Positions 19,256-28,069 are shown, numbered from the stretch's first letter. The stretch is DNA of 32,000 nt from Psychrobacter sp. HD31 (GCF_051097895.1 NZ_CP142525.1:750001-782000); one strand, 5' to 3'. Notes: generated by a model from the sequence alone, not told the origin. Made by a program: numbers and translations.

Positions 19256-19481
19256 TGATGTTTAAAACAATAAGTCACATATTCCAATATTGCATTTATT
19301 TATTATTACTTAGACTATAAATACGCTTAAACTCCCCAATCCATTTTGCTATTATGTTGTGGTGAATCAGTTAAAACAATTTATTTAACGACACAGTAAA
19401 TTTTCAAAGATACAATGAACCTGCAAAAACTATTTGCAAGTGACGTTCAAACACCAAAAAAATATGAAAAGGATATAAACC

Positions 19482-20123
19482 ATGGCACATTTACATTTAG
19501 GTGATGAAGCACCAAACTTTGATGCAGTTACCACAGATGGCAACATCAACTTTCATGACTGGGCTGGTGACAGCTGGGTTGTTTTATTTTCTCACCCTGC
19601 CGACTTTACACCCGTTTGCACCACTGAGTTAGGTCGTGCTGCTGCTTTAAATGGCGAGTTTCAAAAACGCAATGTGAAGCCAATCTGCTTATCAGTAGAC
19701 GGCGTAGAAGACCATCATGAATGGGCAAAAGACATTGGCGAAACCCAAGGCACTGATCTAAACTTCCCTATTATTGCAGATCCAGAAAAAACAGTATCTG
19801 ACTTATATGACATGATTCACCCAAATGCAGATGCTAAAGTAACTGTACGTAGTGTGTTTATCATCGATCCAAACAAAAAAGTTCGTTTAACATTAACTTA
19901 TCCACCAAGTGTTGGTCGTAACTTTGATGAAATTGTACGTGCTATTGATGCGTTACAATTAACTGATGAATATGTTGTTGCAACACCAGTAGACTGGAAA
20001 GAAGGTGATGATGTTATCATCCCGCCAAGCATTAAAACCGCTGACATCAAAGCTGAAGATTATCCAAAAGGCTTTACCGAAATTAAGCCTTACTTGCGCA
20101 CTACCCCAGCGCCAAATAAATAA
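19482..20123 (+). CDS. 1-Cys peroxiredoxin (Prx6 subfamily)
   Basis: WVVLFSHPADFTPVCTTELG is the peroxidatic Cys motif. At 213 aa it has the Prx6-type C-terminal extension. AAAGGA lies upstream of the ATG. Confidence 0.9.
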   Translation: MAHLHLGDEAPNFDAVTTDGNINFHDWAGDSWVVLFSHPADFTPVCTTELGRAAALNGEFQKRNVKPICLSVDGVEDHHEWAKDIGETQGTDLNFPIIADPEKTVSDLYDMIHPNADAKVTVRSVFIIDPNKKVRLTLTYPPSVGRNFDEIVRAIDALQLTDEYVVATPVDWKEGDDVIIPPSIKTADIKAEDYPKGFTEIKPYLRTTPAPNK

Positions 20124-20153
20124 TTAATGATCAAAAACGACTAATTAAAAAAA

Positions 20154-20190
20154 GAAACTTCGTAATGAAAAATTGCGAAGTTTTTTATTT
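20154..20190 (+). terminator. Rho-independent terminator after the peroxiredoxin gene
   Basis: The stem is gaaacttcg / cgaagtttt, followed by TTTTTTATTT. Confidence 0.65.
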
Positions 20191-20241
20191 ATCTTATATC
20201 TTTTATATTGTAATATTATTTTTTTGATGGAGATATTTAAG

Positions 20242-20685
20242 ATGAAACTTAAAACAACAACACTTTTAACTACCTTATTATTTACAAGTTTATCAATAAC
20301 TGCCTGTTGTGAAAAACCTGCCGAAGACGCAAAAGTGGCTAGCGCCCAAACACATGCTGAACATAGCCATGAAGGTCATGACCACAGCCAAATGGATTTA
20401 ACAGAATATACTTGTGAACCAGCCATGGATATTAAAGTACATTATGTTCCTGTCACTAATGAGCACGATGCAACAGCACATATTTTAATTGATGATATAG
20501 AGTATGACATGTACCTTGATGTATCCGCTTCTGGTGAGCTATACCGCACAGAAACTGGGTTAACCGAGGGCAATGGTTTAATCTGGCATACAAAAGGTAA
20601 AGATGCCCTATTAGAAAGCTTTGACATCGCTAAGCCTCATGACCAAGCAAGCATAAAAACAATTGCAAGTTGCCAAAAAAACTAA
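20242..20685 (+). CDS. MliC-like lipoprotein (C-type lysozyme inhibitor fold) with a His-rich linker
   Basis: ATG 20242 is preceded by GGAGA 8 nt upstream. The lipobox is LSITAC. The pattern YTCEP...VSASGELY...IWHTKGKDALL...SC parallels E. coli MliC (YQCDE...ISASGARY...FWSKGDEATV...NC). The mature N-terminus contains HAEHSHEGHDHS. Confidence 0.7.
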   Translation: MKLKTTTLLTTLLFTSLSITACCEKPAEDAKVASAQTHAEHSHEGHDHSQMDLTEYTCEPAMDIKVHYVPVTNEHDATAHILIDDIEYDMYLDVSASGELYRTETGLTEGNGLIWHTKGKDALLESFDIAKPHDQASIKTIASCQKN

Positions 20686-20714
20686 AGGTCAACTGCTAAC
20701 ATTAGATTATAAAC

Positions 20715-20742
20715 GGGCTAAAAATACTTAGCCCTTTTTTTT
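20715..20742 (+). terminator. Rho-independent terminator after the lipoprotein gene
   Basis: The stem is gggcta / tagccc with an 8-nt loop, followed by a T8 run. Confidence 0.7.
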
Positions 20743-20834
20743 GATGCCTATTTTGGATGTTACAAAATCTAAAAAATATATGCTATCCTGACATACCCAC
20801 TCAATAACAAAAAAACCAAAAATCTGGCAATAAT

Positions 20835-22274
20835 ATGAGCAATCAAGTACCGCTTAATTTAAAACCTCAACCATCTAACACCCCAAAATCAAGCCGTGAA
20901 CATTGGTCGTTTCTTTTAAATGCACAGCGTCTTGGACTACCCAATAAAAATAAAAAAAATGAAACTGCACGTTCACCATTTCATAAAGATTATGACCGTT
21001 TGATTTTTTCTCAGTCATTTCGCCAACTTAATCAAAAAACACAAGTACACCCGCTTACCAACCAACTTGGCATCCATACTCGTTTAACCCACTCTCTTGA
21101 GGTCTCTTGCATTGGGCGATCATTAGGGATGATGGCAGCAGAAAAACTACACGACAGTTTACCAGCAGGTTTACCCTCAGGGATTAGCAGTGGCGATATG
21201 GGCGTTATTGTACAAGCCGCCTGCTTGGCACATGATATTGGCAATCCACCGTTTGGACATGCTGGTGAATATGCCATACGAGATTGGTTTTCTCGCTCAG
21301 AGCATCAACCGATTTTAGAAAGTTTATTACCAGAACAACGCATGGATTTACTTGCCTATGAAGGCAATGCTCAGGGCTTACGCATTTTAGTTAATAATGA
21401 ACACCACCCCAATGCCGGTGGCATGCGACTCACCTGTGCCACCCTTGGCGCTTTTATGAAATACCCTTGGCTTGCCCAACACAGTAACCCAAGCTTATTA
21501 AGCGATAACCAAAACTTGGTAAAAGTTAATAAATATGGCTGTTTTAATAATGAGGCAGAACAACTACACCAACTTGCCGAAAAACTTAAACTGCCCCGCT
21601 CTACTCAACATGATGGCTATACACGGCATCCCCTAGCGTACTTGCTTGAGGCAGCTGATGACATCTGCTATGCATTAATTGATATCGAAGATGGTATCCA
21701 CCTTGGCATGCTAACGTATCAAGAAGTTGAGCCACTCATGATTAAGCTAGTTGGTAAAACCCGAGGGATACCACCAGAAGTTACCAACAATGCACCCGTT
21801 GCACAAAAACTTGCGGCCTTACGAGGACGCGCCATGATGCGCCTTGTAGATAAAGTTACCCAAGCCTTTGTTACCAAAGCAGATACCATGTTATCAGGCG
21901 AGCTTGAAGGGAGCTTATTTGACCATTGTGAAGCCTCTGTTAGTGAGCACATCCAAGAGGCAAAATTATTAGCACGTGAACGCATTTTTAACCACCCAAG
22001 CAAAGTGAGAATGGAGTTAATGGCAAATCGATGCCTACACACCTTGTTAGATGCATTCATACCACTGGCAATAACCAGCAATCAACAACCCTCGTTTGAG
22101 CAGCAAAGATTGATAAGTTTAATTAAGCCACATTTACAAAATCATAACCGAACACTTAATCATGATGTTTATCATAATATTTTGACTATTTTAGACTTTA
22201 TCACAGGGATGAATGATCACGAGGCTTATCGGTTATCTCAAGACTTGCAAGGCAACTGGAGCGGATCAATATAA
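20835..22274 (+). CDS. dgt: dGTPase-family HD-domain deoxynucleoside triphosphate triphosphohydrolase
   Basis: SPFHKDYDRLIFSQSFRQL, THSLEVSCIGRSLG and HDIGNPPFGHAGE are the HD and dGTPase signature blocks. Confidence 0.88.
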   Translation: MSNQVPLNLKPQPSNTPKSSREHWSFLLNAQRLGLPNKNKKNETARSPFHKDYDRLIFSQSFRQLNQKTQVHPLTNQLGIHTRLTHSLEVSCIGRSLGMMAAEKLHDSLPAGLPSGISSGDMGVIVQAACLAHDIGNPPFGHAGEYAIRDWFSRSEHQPILESLLPEQRMDLLAYEGNAQGLRILVNNEHHPNAGGMRLTCATLGAFMKYPWLAQHSNPSLLSDNQNLVKVNKYGCFNNEAEQLHQLAEKLKLPRSTQHDGYTRHPLAYLLEAADDICYALIDIEDGIHLGMLTYQEVEPLMIKLVGKTRGIPPEVTNNAPVAQKLAALRGRAMMRLVDKVTQAFVTKADTMLSGELEGSLFDHCEASVSEHIQEAKLLARERIFNHPSKVRMELMANRCLHTLLDAFIPLAITSNQQPSFEQQRLISLIKPHLQNHNRTLNHDVYHNILTILDFITGMNDHEAYRLSQDLQGNWSGSI

Positions 22275-22343
22275 AATTTGGGTTTTGTAAAAAACACTTA
22301 CTTTTAATCTGAGATTTTTTTACAAACTTGTGCTAAAGTAAAC

Positions 22344-22363
22344 AACTGTGTACTAATACAGTT
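22344..22363. promoter_or_regulatory. Inverted repeat AACTGT-N8-ACAGTT upstream of fabR (candidate operator)
   Basis: The repeat aactgtgtactaatacagtt has 6-bp arms and ends 25 nt before the fabR ATG. Confidence 0.35.
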
Positions 22364-22388
22364 CGTTATAACCGCAAAAGAAAGACAT

Positions 22389-23072
22389 ATGAGCACCAGA
22401 CAAGAACAAAAGCAAAAAACCAGACAGGCTTTTTTTGATGCCGTTTTAAATTTATGTATGACAGGGCAATCTTTTAGTTCTATCAGTTTAAGGCAAGTTA
22501 CCCGAGAAGTTGGCGTGGTACCAACTGCATTTTATCGCCATTTTGATGATATGGAGTCACTCGGAAAAAACTTAGTAGAACATGAGCTGGGCACTGCGCT
22601 TGCTGCATTAAGAGAGTTTATGCAATTTGGTAAAAAACGTAGTTTTGAACGTCAAATTGCTACCAATGTTCAAATATTTTTTGAGGCAATCGACTCACAC
22701 CCACATTATTGGCAGTTTATTGCCAGTGAAAGATTTGGCGGTTCTGAAGCAGTGCGTCACGCCATTAACAATCAAATTGCAATATTTGCAAATTTTATGA
22801 GTGAAGACTTAGCACTGCAACCTGCCTTTGCTCACATTAATAAGTACGACAGAACTTTGCTGGCAGAAACAGGTATCAACCTCTCTTTTTCATGGATTCG
22901 TGATTGGTTAGATTTAAGAGATGATGCCAATTTTTCAGAATCCATTACAGAAACAGAGATTGCATCACGTAAAAAAGACATGCTACATCGTTGCACTCGC
23001 CAAACTCAAATGCTGTTTTATGGCGCATATAACTGGCAATCAAGCGAAACCACACTGTTAAAAGATGAATAA
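22389..23072 (+). CDS. fabR: TetR-family repressor FabR (unsaturated fatty-acid biosynthesis regulator)
   Basis: QKQKTRQAFFDAVLNL...SFSSISLRQVTREVGVVPTAFYRHFDDMESLG parallels E. coli FabR (QKEKTRRSLVEAAFSQL...[32 protein letters not shown]). Both share the C-terminal ...GAYNW...LKDE ending (Ec ...GAYYW...VKDE). Confidence 0.8.
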   Translation: MSTRQEQKQKTRQAFFDAVLNLCMTGQSFSSISLRQVTREVGVVPTAFYRHFDDMESLGKNLVEHELGTALAALREFMQFGKKRSFERQIATNVQIFFEAIDSHPHYWQFIASERFGGSEAVRHAINNQIAIFANFMSEDLALQPAFAHINKYDRTLLAETGINLSFSWIRDWLDLRDDANFSESITETEIASRKKDMLHRCTRQTQMLFYGAYNWQSSETTLLKDE

Positions 23073-23120
23073 AAACATCAAAAGGCGCATAAAAGCTTAA
23101 CGCTAAATAAACAGCACATA

Positions 23121-23162
23121 AAAAAAGATGACTAATTTATTTAAATTAATCATCTTTTTTTA
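23121..23162. terminator. Bidirectional terminator between the convergent fabR and TetR genes
   Basis: A 14-bp stem with one mismatch (aagatgactaattt / aaattaatcatctt) has a 4-nt loop. It is flanked by an A6 run upstream and a T7 run downstream. Confidence 0.7.
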
Positions 23163-23199
23163 TGCATTTTTTAAAAATTCTTAATAACGGCTATATCCA

Positions 23200-23910
23200 T
23201 TACATCGCTTTTTTCTCTTCTAAAAGCTGCTGAACATGTAACGCTGATTCTGCTTCAATTTGGTCAACCAATTGCTCTCTGTCATGATCTTCAATTTCCT
23301 GCTCATCACTATGGGTCATTGGATAAGTTTTTGGCATATCTAACACTTGTTTAACCAACGCATGGCGTAGTGTATCTCTTCTGCCTAGATACCGTTGATA
23401 AAAACTAGAGTTAAGTAGCCCAGCACCACCTTGTCCCATCGCCCAAATTGTAGATAAGTAATCTCGCGTTGTCATACTACTATTTTGAGTTTGCAAATAT
23501 TGGCTTGTTACCTCAATCATATGTTTCATACGTTCACGGCGGATTTGGTAAAGCTCATCAAATAATCGATTCAAACCAGTAGATGACGCTGCCAACTTGG
23601 CTTCGACCTGATTTAACAAAATTGCCTTTTGCGGGTTCATTAACTGCTGCAAAATCATACGTGCAACACCCGCCGATGGACAGTCATCAATCAAATTGAT
23701 ACCAAACAATCGCTTTTCGTATCTAATAATAATGCGCAAGTACAATTCATCTTTACTAGAAAAGTGCTTGTATAGAGTGCCCTTAGCTAGGTCAAGCTCT
23801 TCTGCCAAAATATCTAAAGTAATGTCACCTTCGCCAGACTCCAGCAATAGCTGCTCTGCCATAATTAAGATGCTTTCTTCACGAGCTTTAAACTGTTGCT
23901 GGCGACTCAT
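23200..23910 (-). CDS. TetR/AcrR-family transcriptional regulator
   Basis: The N-terminal HTH is ITLDILAEELDLAKGTLYKHFSSKDELY. The ligand domain has no specific subfamily signature, and the C-terminal tail is acidic. Confidence 0.8.
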   Translation of the reverse strand: MSRQQQFKAREESILIMAEQLLLESGEGDITLDILAEELDLAKGTLYKHFSSKDELYLRIIIRYEKRLFGINLIDDCPSAGVARMILQQLMNPQKAILLNQVEAKLAASSTGLNRLFDELYQIRRERMKHMIEVTSQYLQTQNSSMTTRDYLSTIWAMGQGGAGLLNSSFYQRYLGRRDTLRHALVKQVLDMPKTYPMTHSDEQEIEDHDREQLVDQIEAESALHVQQLLEEKKAM

Positions 23911-23980
23911 GCGTGTTCCTTTAAAAATTTTTAGGATGTCTCTTGTTTATATCCATTATTGCCATAAGATTAGCACGATT

Positions 23981-23996
23981 ATGACTATTCAGTCAT
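23981..23996. promoter_or_regulatory. Palindrome ATGACT-N4-AGTCAT upstream of the TetR gene (candidate operator)
   Basis: The perfect 6-4-6 inverted repeat atgactattcagtcat lies 71-86 bp upstream of the TetR start, in the 96-bp spacer after ycfH. Confidence 0.35.
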
Positions 23997-24006
23997 TCTA
24001 CTAATT

Positions 24007-24795
24007 TTATTGATATTGTGCCAGTAAATTATCAAAGTTTTTTGAAGTTAACTGAGCTAATGTTTCTACATTTATATCCAATAATTCTGCTAAGCACTCT
24101 GCCACATGTGCCACAAAGGCGGGCTCGTTTGGTTTGCCTCGCATGGGCACAGGTGCTAAATAAGGGCTGTCTGTTTCAATTAATAAACGATCTTTGGGTA
24201 TTTTTAAGGCAGCATCACGCAAACTTTGTGCATTTTTAAAACTCACAATTCCAGAAAAAGAGATATAAAACCCTAAATCCAGTGCTTGCTTTGCCATCGC
24301 CCAATCTTCTGTAAAACAATGAATAATACCATGTTCTGCTTGCTCTGCCTTTAAAATATCAATTGTATCTTTTTTAGCATCGCGCGTGTGTACAATAATT
24401 GGTTTTTTTAGGTCTTTGCTTGCCTGGATATGTCTTGCAAGGCTCTTTTTTTGCTCTACAATATTTTCTTCACTCCAATAGTAGTCAAGCCCTGTTTCCC
24501 CAATTGCCCACACAAAATCTTCAGACGCCATATCCGTTAATTTTTCTACCGTTGCTGACTTTAAAACAGCAATGTCTTCACAAGGATGAACACCAACACT
24601 CATACCAAGCGTTAATTCTTTATCTGTAAAGTCATGAATAATTTTATGAATCTCATCATATTCAGCAAAGTCACACATTATTGCCATTGCACGATTTACT
24701 TTTGCTTGCTTCATCGCATCAATTGCACCGCTAAGGTTACCATCATATTTATCTAAATTAAGGCGGTTTAAATGGCAGTGGGTATCTGTCAACAT
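24007..24795 (-). CDS. ycfH: TatD-family metal-dependent hydrolase/DNase (YcfH-like)
   Basis: DTHCHL, GETGLDYYW, PIIVHTRDA, IHCFTED and LLIETDSPYLAPVPMRGKPNEPA are co-linear with E. coli YcfH. Confidence 0.88.
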   Translation of the reverse strand: MLTDTHCHLNRLNLDKYDGNLSGAIDAMKQAKVNRAMAIMCDFAEYDEIHKIIHDFTDKELTLGMSVGVHPCEDIAVLKSATVEKLTDMASEDFVWAIGETGLDYYWSEENIVEQKKSLARHIQASKDLKKPIIVHTRDAKKDTIDILKAEQAEHGIIHCFTEDWAMAKQALDLGFYISFSGIVSFKNAQSLRDAALKIPKDRLLIETDSPYLAPVPMRGKPNEPAFVAHVAECLAELLDINVETLAQLTSKNFDNLLAQYQ

Positions 24796-24864
24796 AACAA
24801 ACTCACAATCTAATTATTACAGTATTATCAACACAATATGCTGTGTTTTAAAATTTCTTAGGCA

Positions 24865-25599
24865 TTATATGTTTTGATTTATGGCGATACAAGAGATAAT
24901 TTCAAATACAAACGCTTTATTCATCTTAAAGGTGATATCAACACTTTTATATTGCATAACAAATTCACTATTTATCTCTTGTTGCCTATATGCAGGTCTT
25001 GGATCTTGTTCAATCAATTGGCAAATATATGCCACATCTTGCAGAGTTAGATAATTCTCATCAATCAATTGTTGATATTGCTGACTCGCTGTTTCGCTCA
25101 TCAGTACGGTTTTTTTAATGGGTTCTTCTTGTGCAAAGTCACATCTTGCTGTTGGCAAACTATCACTATATTTGATGTATGGCTTAATATCTATAATTGG
25201 TGTTGCATCTGCCATATCCGCCCCTGCAATATGCATCAGCAATTTGCCATTTTTAACCTCAATACCTTTTAACTCAACGACGGACAAACCAAGTTGGCTT
25301 GGGCGATACATACTGCGAGTTGCAAAAACGCCCATTTTTTTATTGCCTCCCAATCTGGGTGGTCTTACTTGTGGTTTAAAATTTTGTTGATGCTTATTTT
25401 TATGAAACTGCCAAGTTACCCAAACATGGCTATATGCATCAATACCTGCAAAAGCCTCCTCGGTATTATACGGTGGCAAAATTTCAATAAAAGTTGGTAA
25501 GGATACTAAGTTTGGCTGTCTAGGGATGCCAAACTTTTGTGATAAAGGAGAACAATGCATGCCAATAATCGGCACAGATATTTTAGTAGAGTTAAACAT
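24865..25599 (-). CDS. trmO: tRNA (m6t6A37) methyltransferase TrmO (YaeB/TsaA family)
   Basis: FGIPRQPNL, VRPPRLGGNKKMGVFATRSMYRP, TPIIDIKPY and DPRPAYR parallel E. coli YaeB. Confidence 0.88.
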   Translation of the reverse strand: MFNSTKISVPIIGMHCSPLSQKFGIPRQPNLVSLPTFIEILPPYNTEEAFAGIDAYSHVWVTWQFHKNKHQQNFKPQVRPPRLGGNKKMGVFATRSMYRPSQLGLSVVELKGIEVKNGKLLMHIAGADMADATPIIDIKPYIKYSDSLPTARCDFAQEEPIKKTVLMSETASQQYQQLIDENYLTLQDVAYICQLIEQDPRPAYRQQEINSEFVMQYKSVDITFKMNKAFVFEIISCIAINQNI

Positions 25600-25766
25600 A
25601 TATCAATCGTTTTATAGCATAAAAAAGATATTATAATAAATCATGTTTGCTTATTACATTTTATTATGATTAAAAATCAACTTATGTTGTTGATATTTGT
25701 TATCATATACCGCCTATATATATTTTATTGCTATTTATCATATTAAAAAAATTAATTGAGGTACTT

Positions 25767-26549
25767 ATGTCAAAATTTCGCACAGAGACAGTCACCCACG
25801 TACATCACTGGACAAACACATTATTTACAATTAAAACAACCCGTGACGCAGGATTACGTTTTAGAAATGGTGAATTTGCCATGATTGGGTTAGAAGTTGA
25901 TGGCAAACCATTAATGAGAGCCTACTCTATTGCCAGTGCCAATTATGAAGAAGAGTTAGAGTTCTTTTCTATTAAAGTCCCAGATGGTCCTTTAACTTCT
26001 CGATTACAGCACATTAAGGTGGGTGATGAGTTGTTGGTAAGTAAAAAACCAACGGGTACTTTGGTGTTAGATGATTTGTTACCTGGTAAGCATTTGTATA
26101 TGTTGTCAACGGGGACAGGGCTGGCACCGTTTTTGTCGTTAGCACGTGATCCTGAGGTGTTTGAAAAGTTTGATAAGGTTATTTTGGTGCATGGTGTGCG
26201 CCATGTGGAAGATTTGGCTTATCGTGATATGTTTGAGACTGAGTTGCCAAATGATGAGGTGTTTGGCGATTGGTTTAAAGAGAAGTTTATTTATTATCCT
26301 ACGGTAACTCGAGAAGATTTTAGAAATCAGGGACGTGTGACGGATTTGATAGAGTCTGGTAAGTTGTTTGAGGATATTGGGCTACCGGTGATGAATAAGG
26401 ATGATGATCGTGTGATGATTTGCGGTAGTATGGCGTTTAATGAGGATTTAAATAGAATCTTAACTGGTTTGGGGTTAACTTTGTCGCCACGTATGGGGGT
26501 GCCTGCTGATTTTGTGATTGAGCGTGCTTTTACTGGTGAGGGGATTTAA
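25767..26549 (+). CDS. fpr: Ferredoxin-NADP+ reductase (bacterial Fpr type)
   Basis: ATG 25767 is preceded by TGAGGT. VTHVHHWTNTLFTIKTTRD..., MRAYSIAS, FFSIKVPDGPLTSRLQH and LSTGTGLAPF are characteristic of Azotobacter/Pseudomonas-type Fpr. The 13 upstream codons of the track ORF are not homologous. Confidence 0.92.
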   Translation: MSKFRTETVTHVHHWTNTLFTIKTTRDAGLRFRNGEFAMIGLEVDGKPLMRAYSIASANYEEELEFFSIKVPDGPLTSRLQHIKVGDELLVSKKPTGTLVLDDLLPGKHLYMLSTGTGLAPFLSLARDPEVFEKFDKVILVHGVRHVEDLAYRDMFETELPNDEVFGDWFKEKFIYYPTVTREDFRNQGRVTDLIESGKLFEDIGLPVMNKDDDRVMICGSMAFNEDLNRILTGLGLTLSPRMGVPADFVIERAFTGEGI

Positions 26550-26563
26550 TTAAGATTAAGTAC

Positions 26564-26591
26564 TTGACGGCTAAATAATCAATGCTATAAT
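26564..26591 (+). promoter_or_regulatory. Near-consensus sigma-70 promoter for tRNA-Leu
   Basis: TTGACG is followed by a 16-nt spacer, TATAAT and a GC-rich discriminator (acgccacc). It lies about 42 nt upstream of the tRNA 5' end. Confidence 0.6.
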
Positions 26592-26639
26592 ACGCCACCT
26601 AACACAAAATAAACGTGTTAATCATACAACACCCTACAT

Positions 26640-26725
26640 GCCAGTGTGGTGGAATTGGTAGACACGACGGATTCAAAATCCGTTGCCTATAAAGCGTGTC
26701 GGTTCGAGTCCGACCACTGGTACCA
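26640..26725 (+). tRNA. tRNA-Leu (CAA), long variable arm, CCA encoded
   Basis: GCCAGTGTGGTGGAATTGGTAGACACGACGGATTCAAAATCCGTTGCCTATAAAGCGTGTCGGTTCGAGTCCGACCACTGGTACCA is a class II tRNA. The anticodon loop is UUCAAAA, the discriminator is A73, and the length is 86 nt. Confidence 0.93.
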
Positions 26726-26733
26726 TATAAATT

Positions 26734-26770
26734 AAGGCTTACAACGAATTGTAAGCCTTTTTTATTTTTG
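26734..26770 (+). terminator. Rho-independent terminator after tRNA-Leu
   Basis: An 11-bp stem aaggcttacaa / ttgtaagcctt with a cgaa loop is followed by TTTTTATTTTT. Confidence 0.85.
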
Positions 26771-27254
26771 GGTATTTTTATTATGAGTAAGTATAAAATA
26801 ATACCCAACTTTTAATAGACCCTATCCAGCATATCTTGCCTAACCCATTCATATTATTTAAATATTTAAGTACTTTACAACAAAAAATAACAGACTAAAC
26901 AATATTCTCTTCATGAAAGAAAGGTTTAAAAAAGTAATCCAGCAATGAAGGTATCTATAGGGAAATATATTAAGGCTAAACATGTTCACTTACATTAATG
27001 CCAGGGTAACTAAAATCTGGACTAATGAAGTCAAACAAATAACACAAAATATATCTTTGTACTCATACTTATTTCACTCTTCTTACCAACTCAATATAAC
27101 CTGTTGCCAAGTAGTATGCTTCCCACCAACTCATCAACCAAAAGCCTTTGATATGATTTTTCATCATTGATATTTAATTAGTTTTTGGCTTGAGGTTAAC
27201 AATTTAAGGATGGTATCTAAGCTTAGTAAATGTAATCTTTTTGATGTTTTCATG

Positions 27255-27286
27255 TTAAGGATTGATAATTTGCAATCAATCCTTAA
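27255..27286. other. 12-bp perfect hairpin immediately 3' of the siderophore-interacting protein gene
   Basis: The stem is ttaaggattgat / atcaatccttaa with an 8-nt loop and starts 4 nt beyond the stop codon. Neither strand has a clean U-tract. Confidence 0.3.
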
Positions 27287-27289
27287 ATT

Positions 27290-28069
27290 TTAGAATTGTC
27301 CATCTGCCCTTTTAGCACGCTTATTGCCTTCATCAGTTTCTCCCAACTTCCAATAACTACTGACGTAAAAATGGGTTTTGTTGGCTTGCTTTTCTTTACG
27401 AAAATATTGGCGAAGTGTGCGTGCGGATTCAAACTCACTGGCAAGCCAAATATAGGGCGTGCCTTCTAGCCAATCTTTTGCCTGAATCTTGGATAAAATA
27501 AGCTGGGCACTTTCACTTGGGTTTGAATTTATAACCCACTCAATCTCAATACCATCTGGTTTTTCAAGCTCTAGAATATCTGATTTGTCCAGAACTTCGA
27601 TGACAGCATAACCCTTGGCATCTTTTGGCAAGACCTTTAGATTGACTGTAATCGCTGGTAGTGACGTCAAATCACCAATCAAAAAGAACCAGTCGAGTTC
27701 AGTATTAACTAATTTGGCATCACCCGGACCTTTTACATTTAAAACATCACCCACTGCGGCATGTTTTGCCCATTGAGCACCAAAACCACCCTCATGGATG
27801 ACAAAATCTATCACCACATAGTTTTTATCAGCTTCTTGATAAGTCTCAAGAATCGTGTATGAGCGTAATACTGTTTGTTCAGCTTGGGTAAATTGTAGCT
27901 TTAGATAGCCACTTTCGTGTTCGCTTCTTAGGGTATTAGACAGATCTTCAAAGACAATTCGTTTCAAATTATTGCTAATCTGATTGGTAGATACAACGAC
28001 TAAGGTCTTACCCTGAGGTTTATTCAACACCTCTTTGGCTTTGTTTTTCATTGTTTGTAGCGTATTCAT
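27290..28069 (-). CDS. Siderophore-interacting protein / ferric-siderophore reductase (FAD_binding_9 plus SIP domains)
   Basis: LRSYTI (RxYT-like), HEGGFGAQWA, GDLTSLPA and a C-terminal SSYWKLG-type block match the ViuB/SIP family layout. AGGAAAG precedes the ATG. Confidence 0.8.
   Translation of the reverse strand: MNTLQTMKNKAKEVLNKPQGKTLVVVSTNQISNNLKRIVFEDLSNTLRSEHESGYLKLQFTQAEQTVLRSYTILETYQEADKNYVVIDFVIHEGGFGAQWAKHAAVGDVLNVKGPGDAKLVNTELDWFFLIGDLTSLPAITVNLKVLPKDAKGYAVIEVLDKSDILELEKPDGIEIEWVINSNPSESAQLILSKIQAKDWLEGTPYIWLASEFESARTLRQYFRKEKQANKTHFYVSSYWKLGETDEGNKRAKRADGQF

Noticed and set aside
22289-22325. A possible terminator after dgt (ttgtaaaaaa ... ttttttacaa).
   Set aside because: The stem is almost entirely A-T pairs with a loop of about 17 nt. 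That is too weak to call.
26599-26808. A 69-aa - ORF.
   Set aside because: It is antisense to tRNA-Leu and its terminator, so it is an artefact.
26982-27253. A 62-aa + ORF and two short - ORFs (29 and 32 aa, ATGA overlap) downstream of the SIP gene.
   Set aside because: They have no Shine-Dalgarno and no recognisable family. One start lies immediately next to the 12-bp hairpin arm. I keep them only as context for the long-spacer finding.
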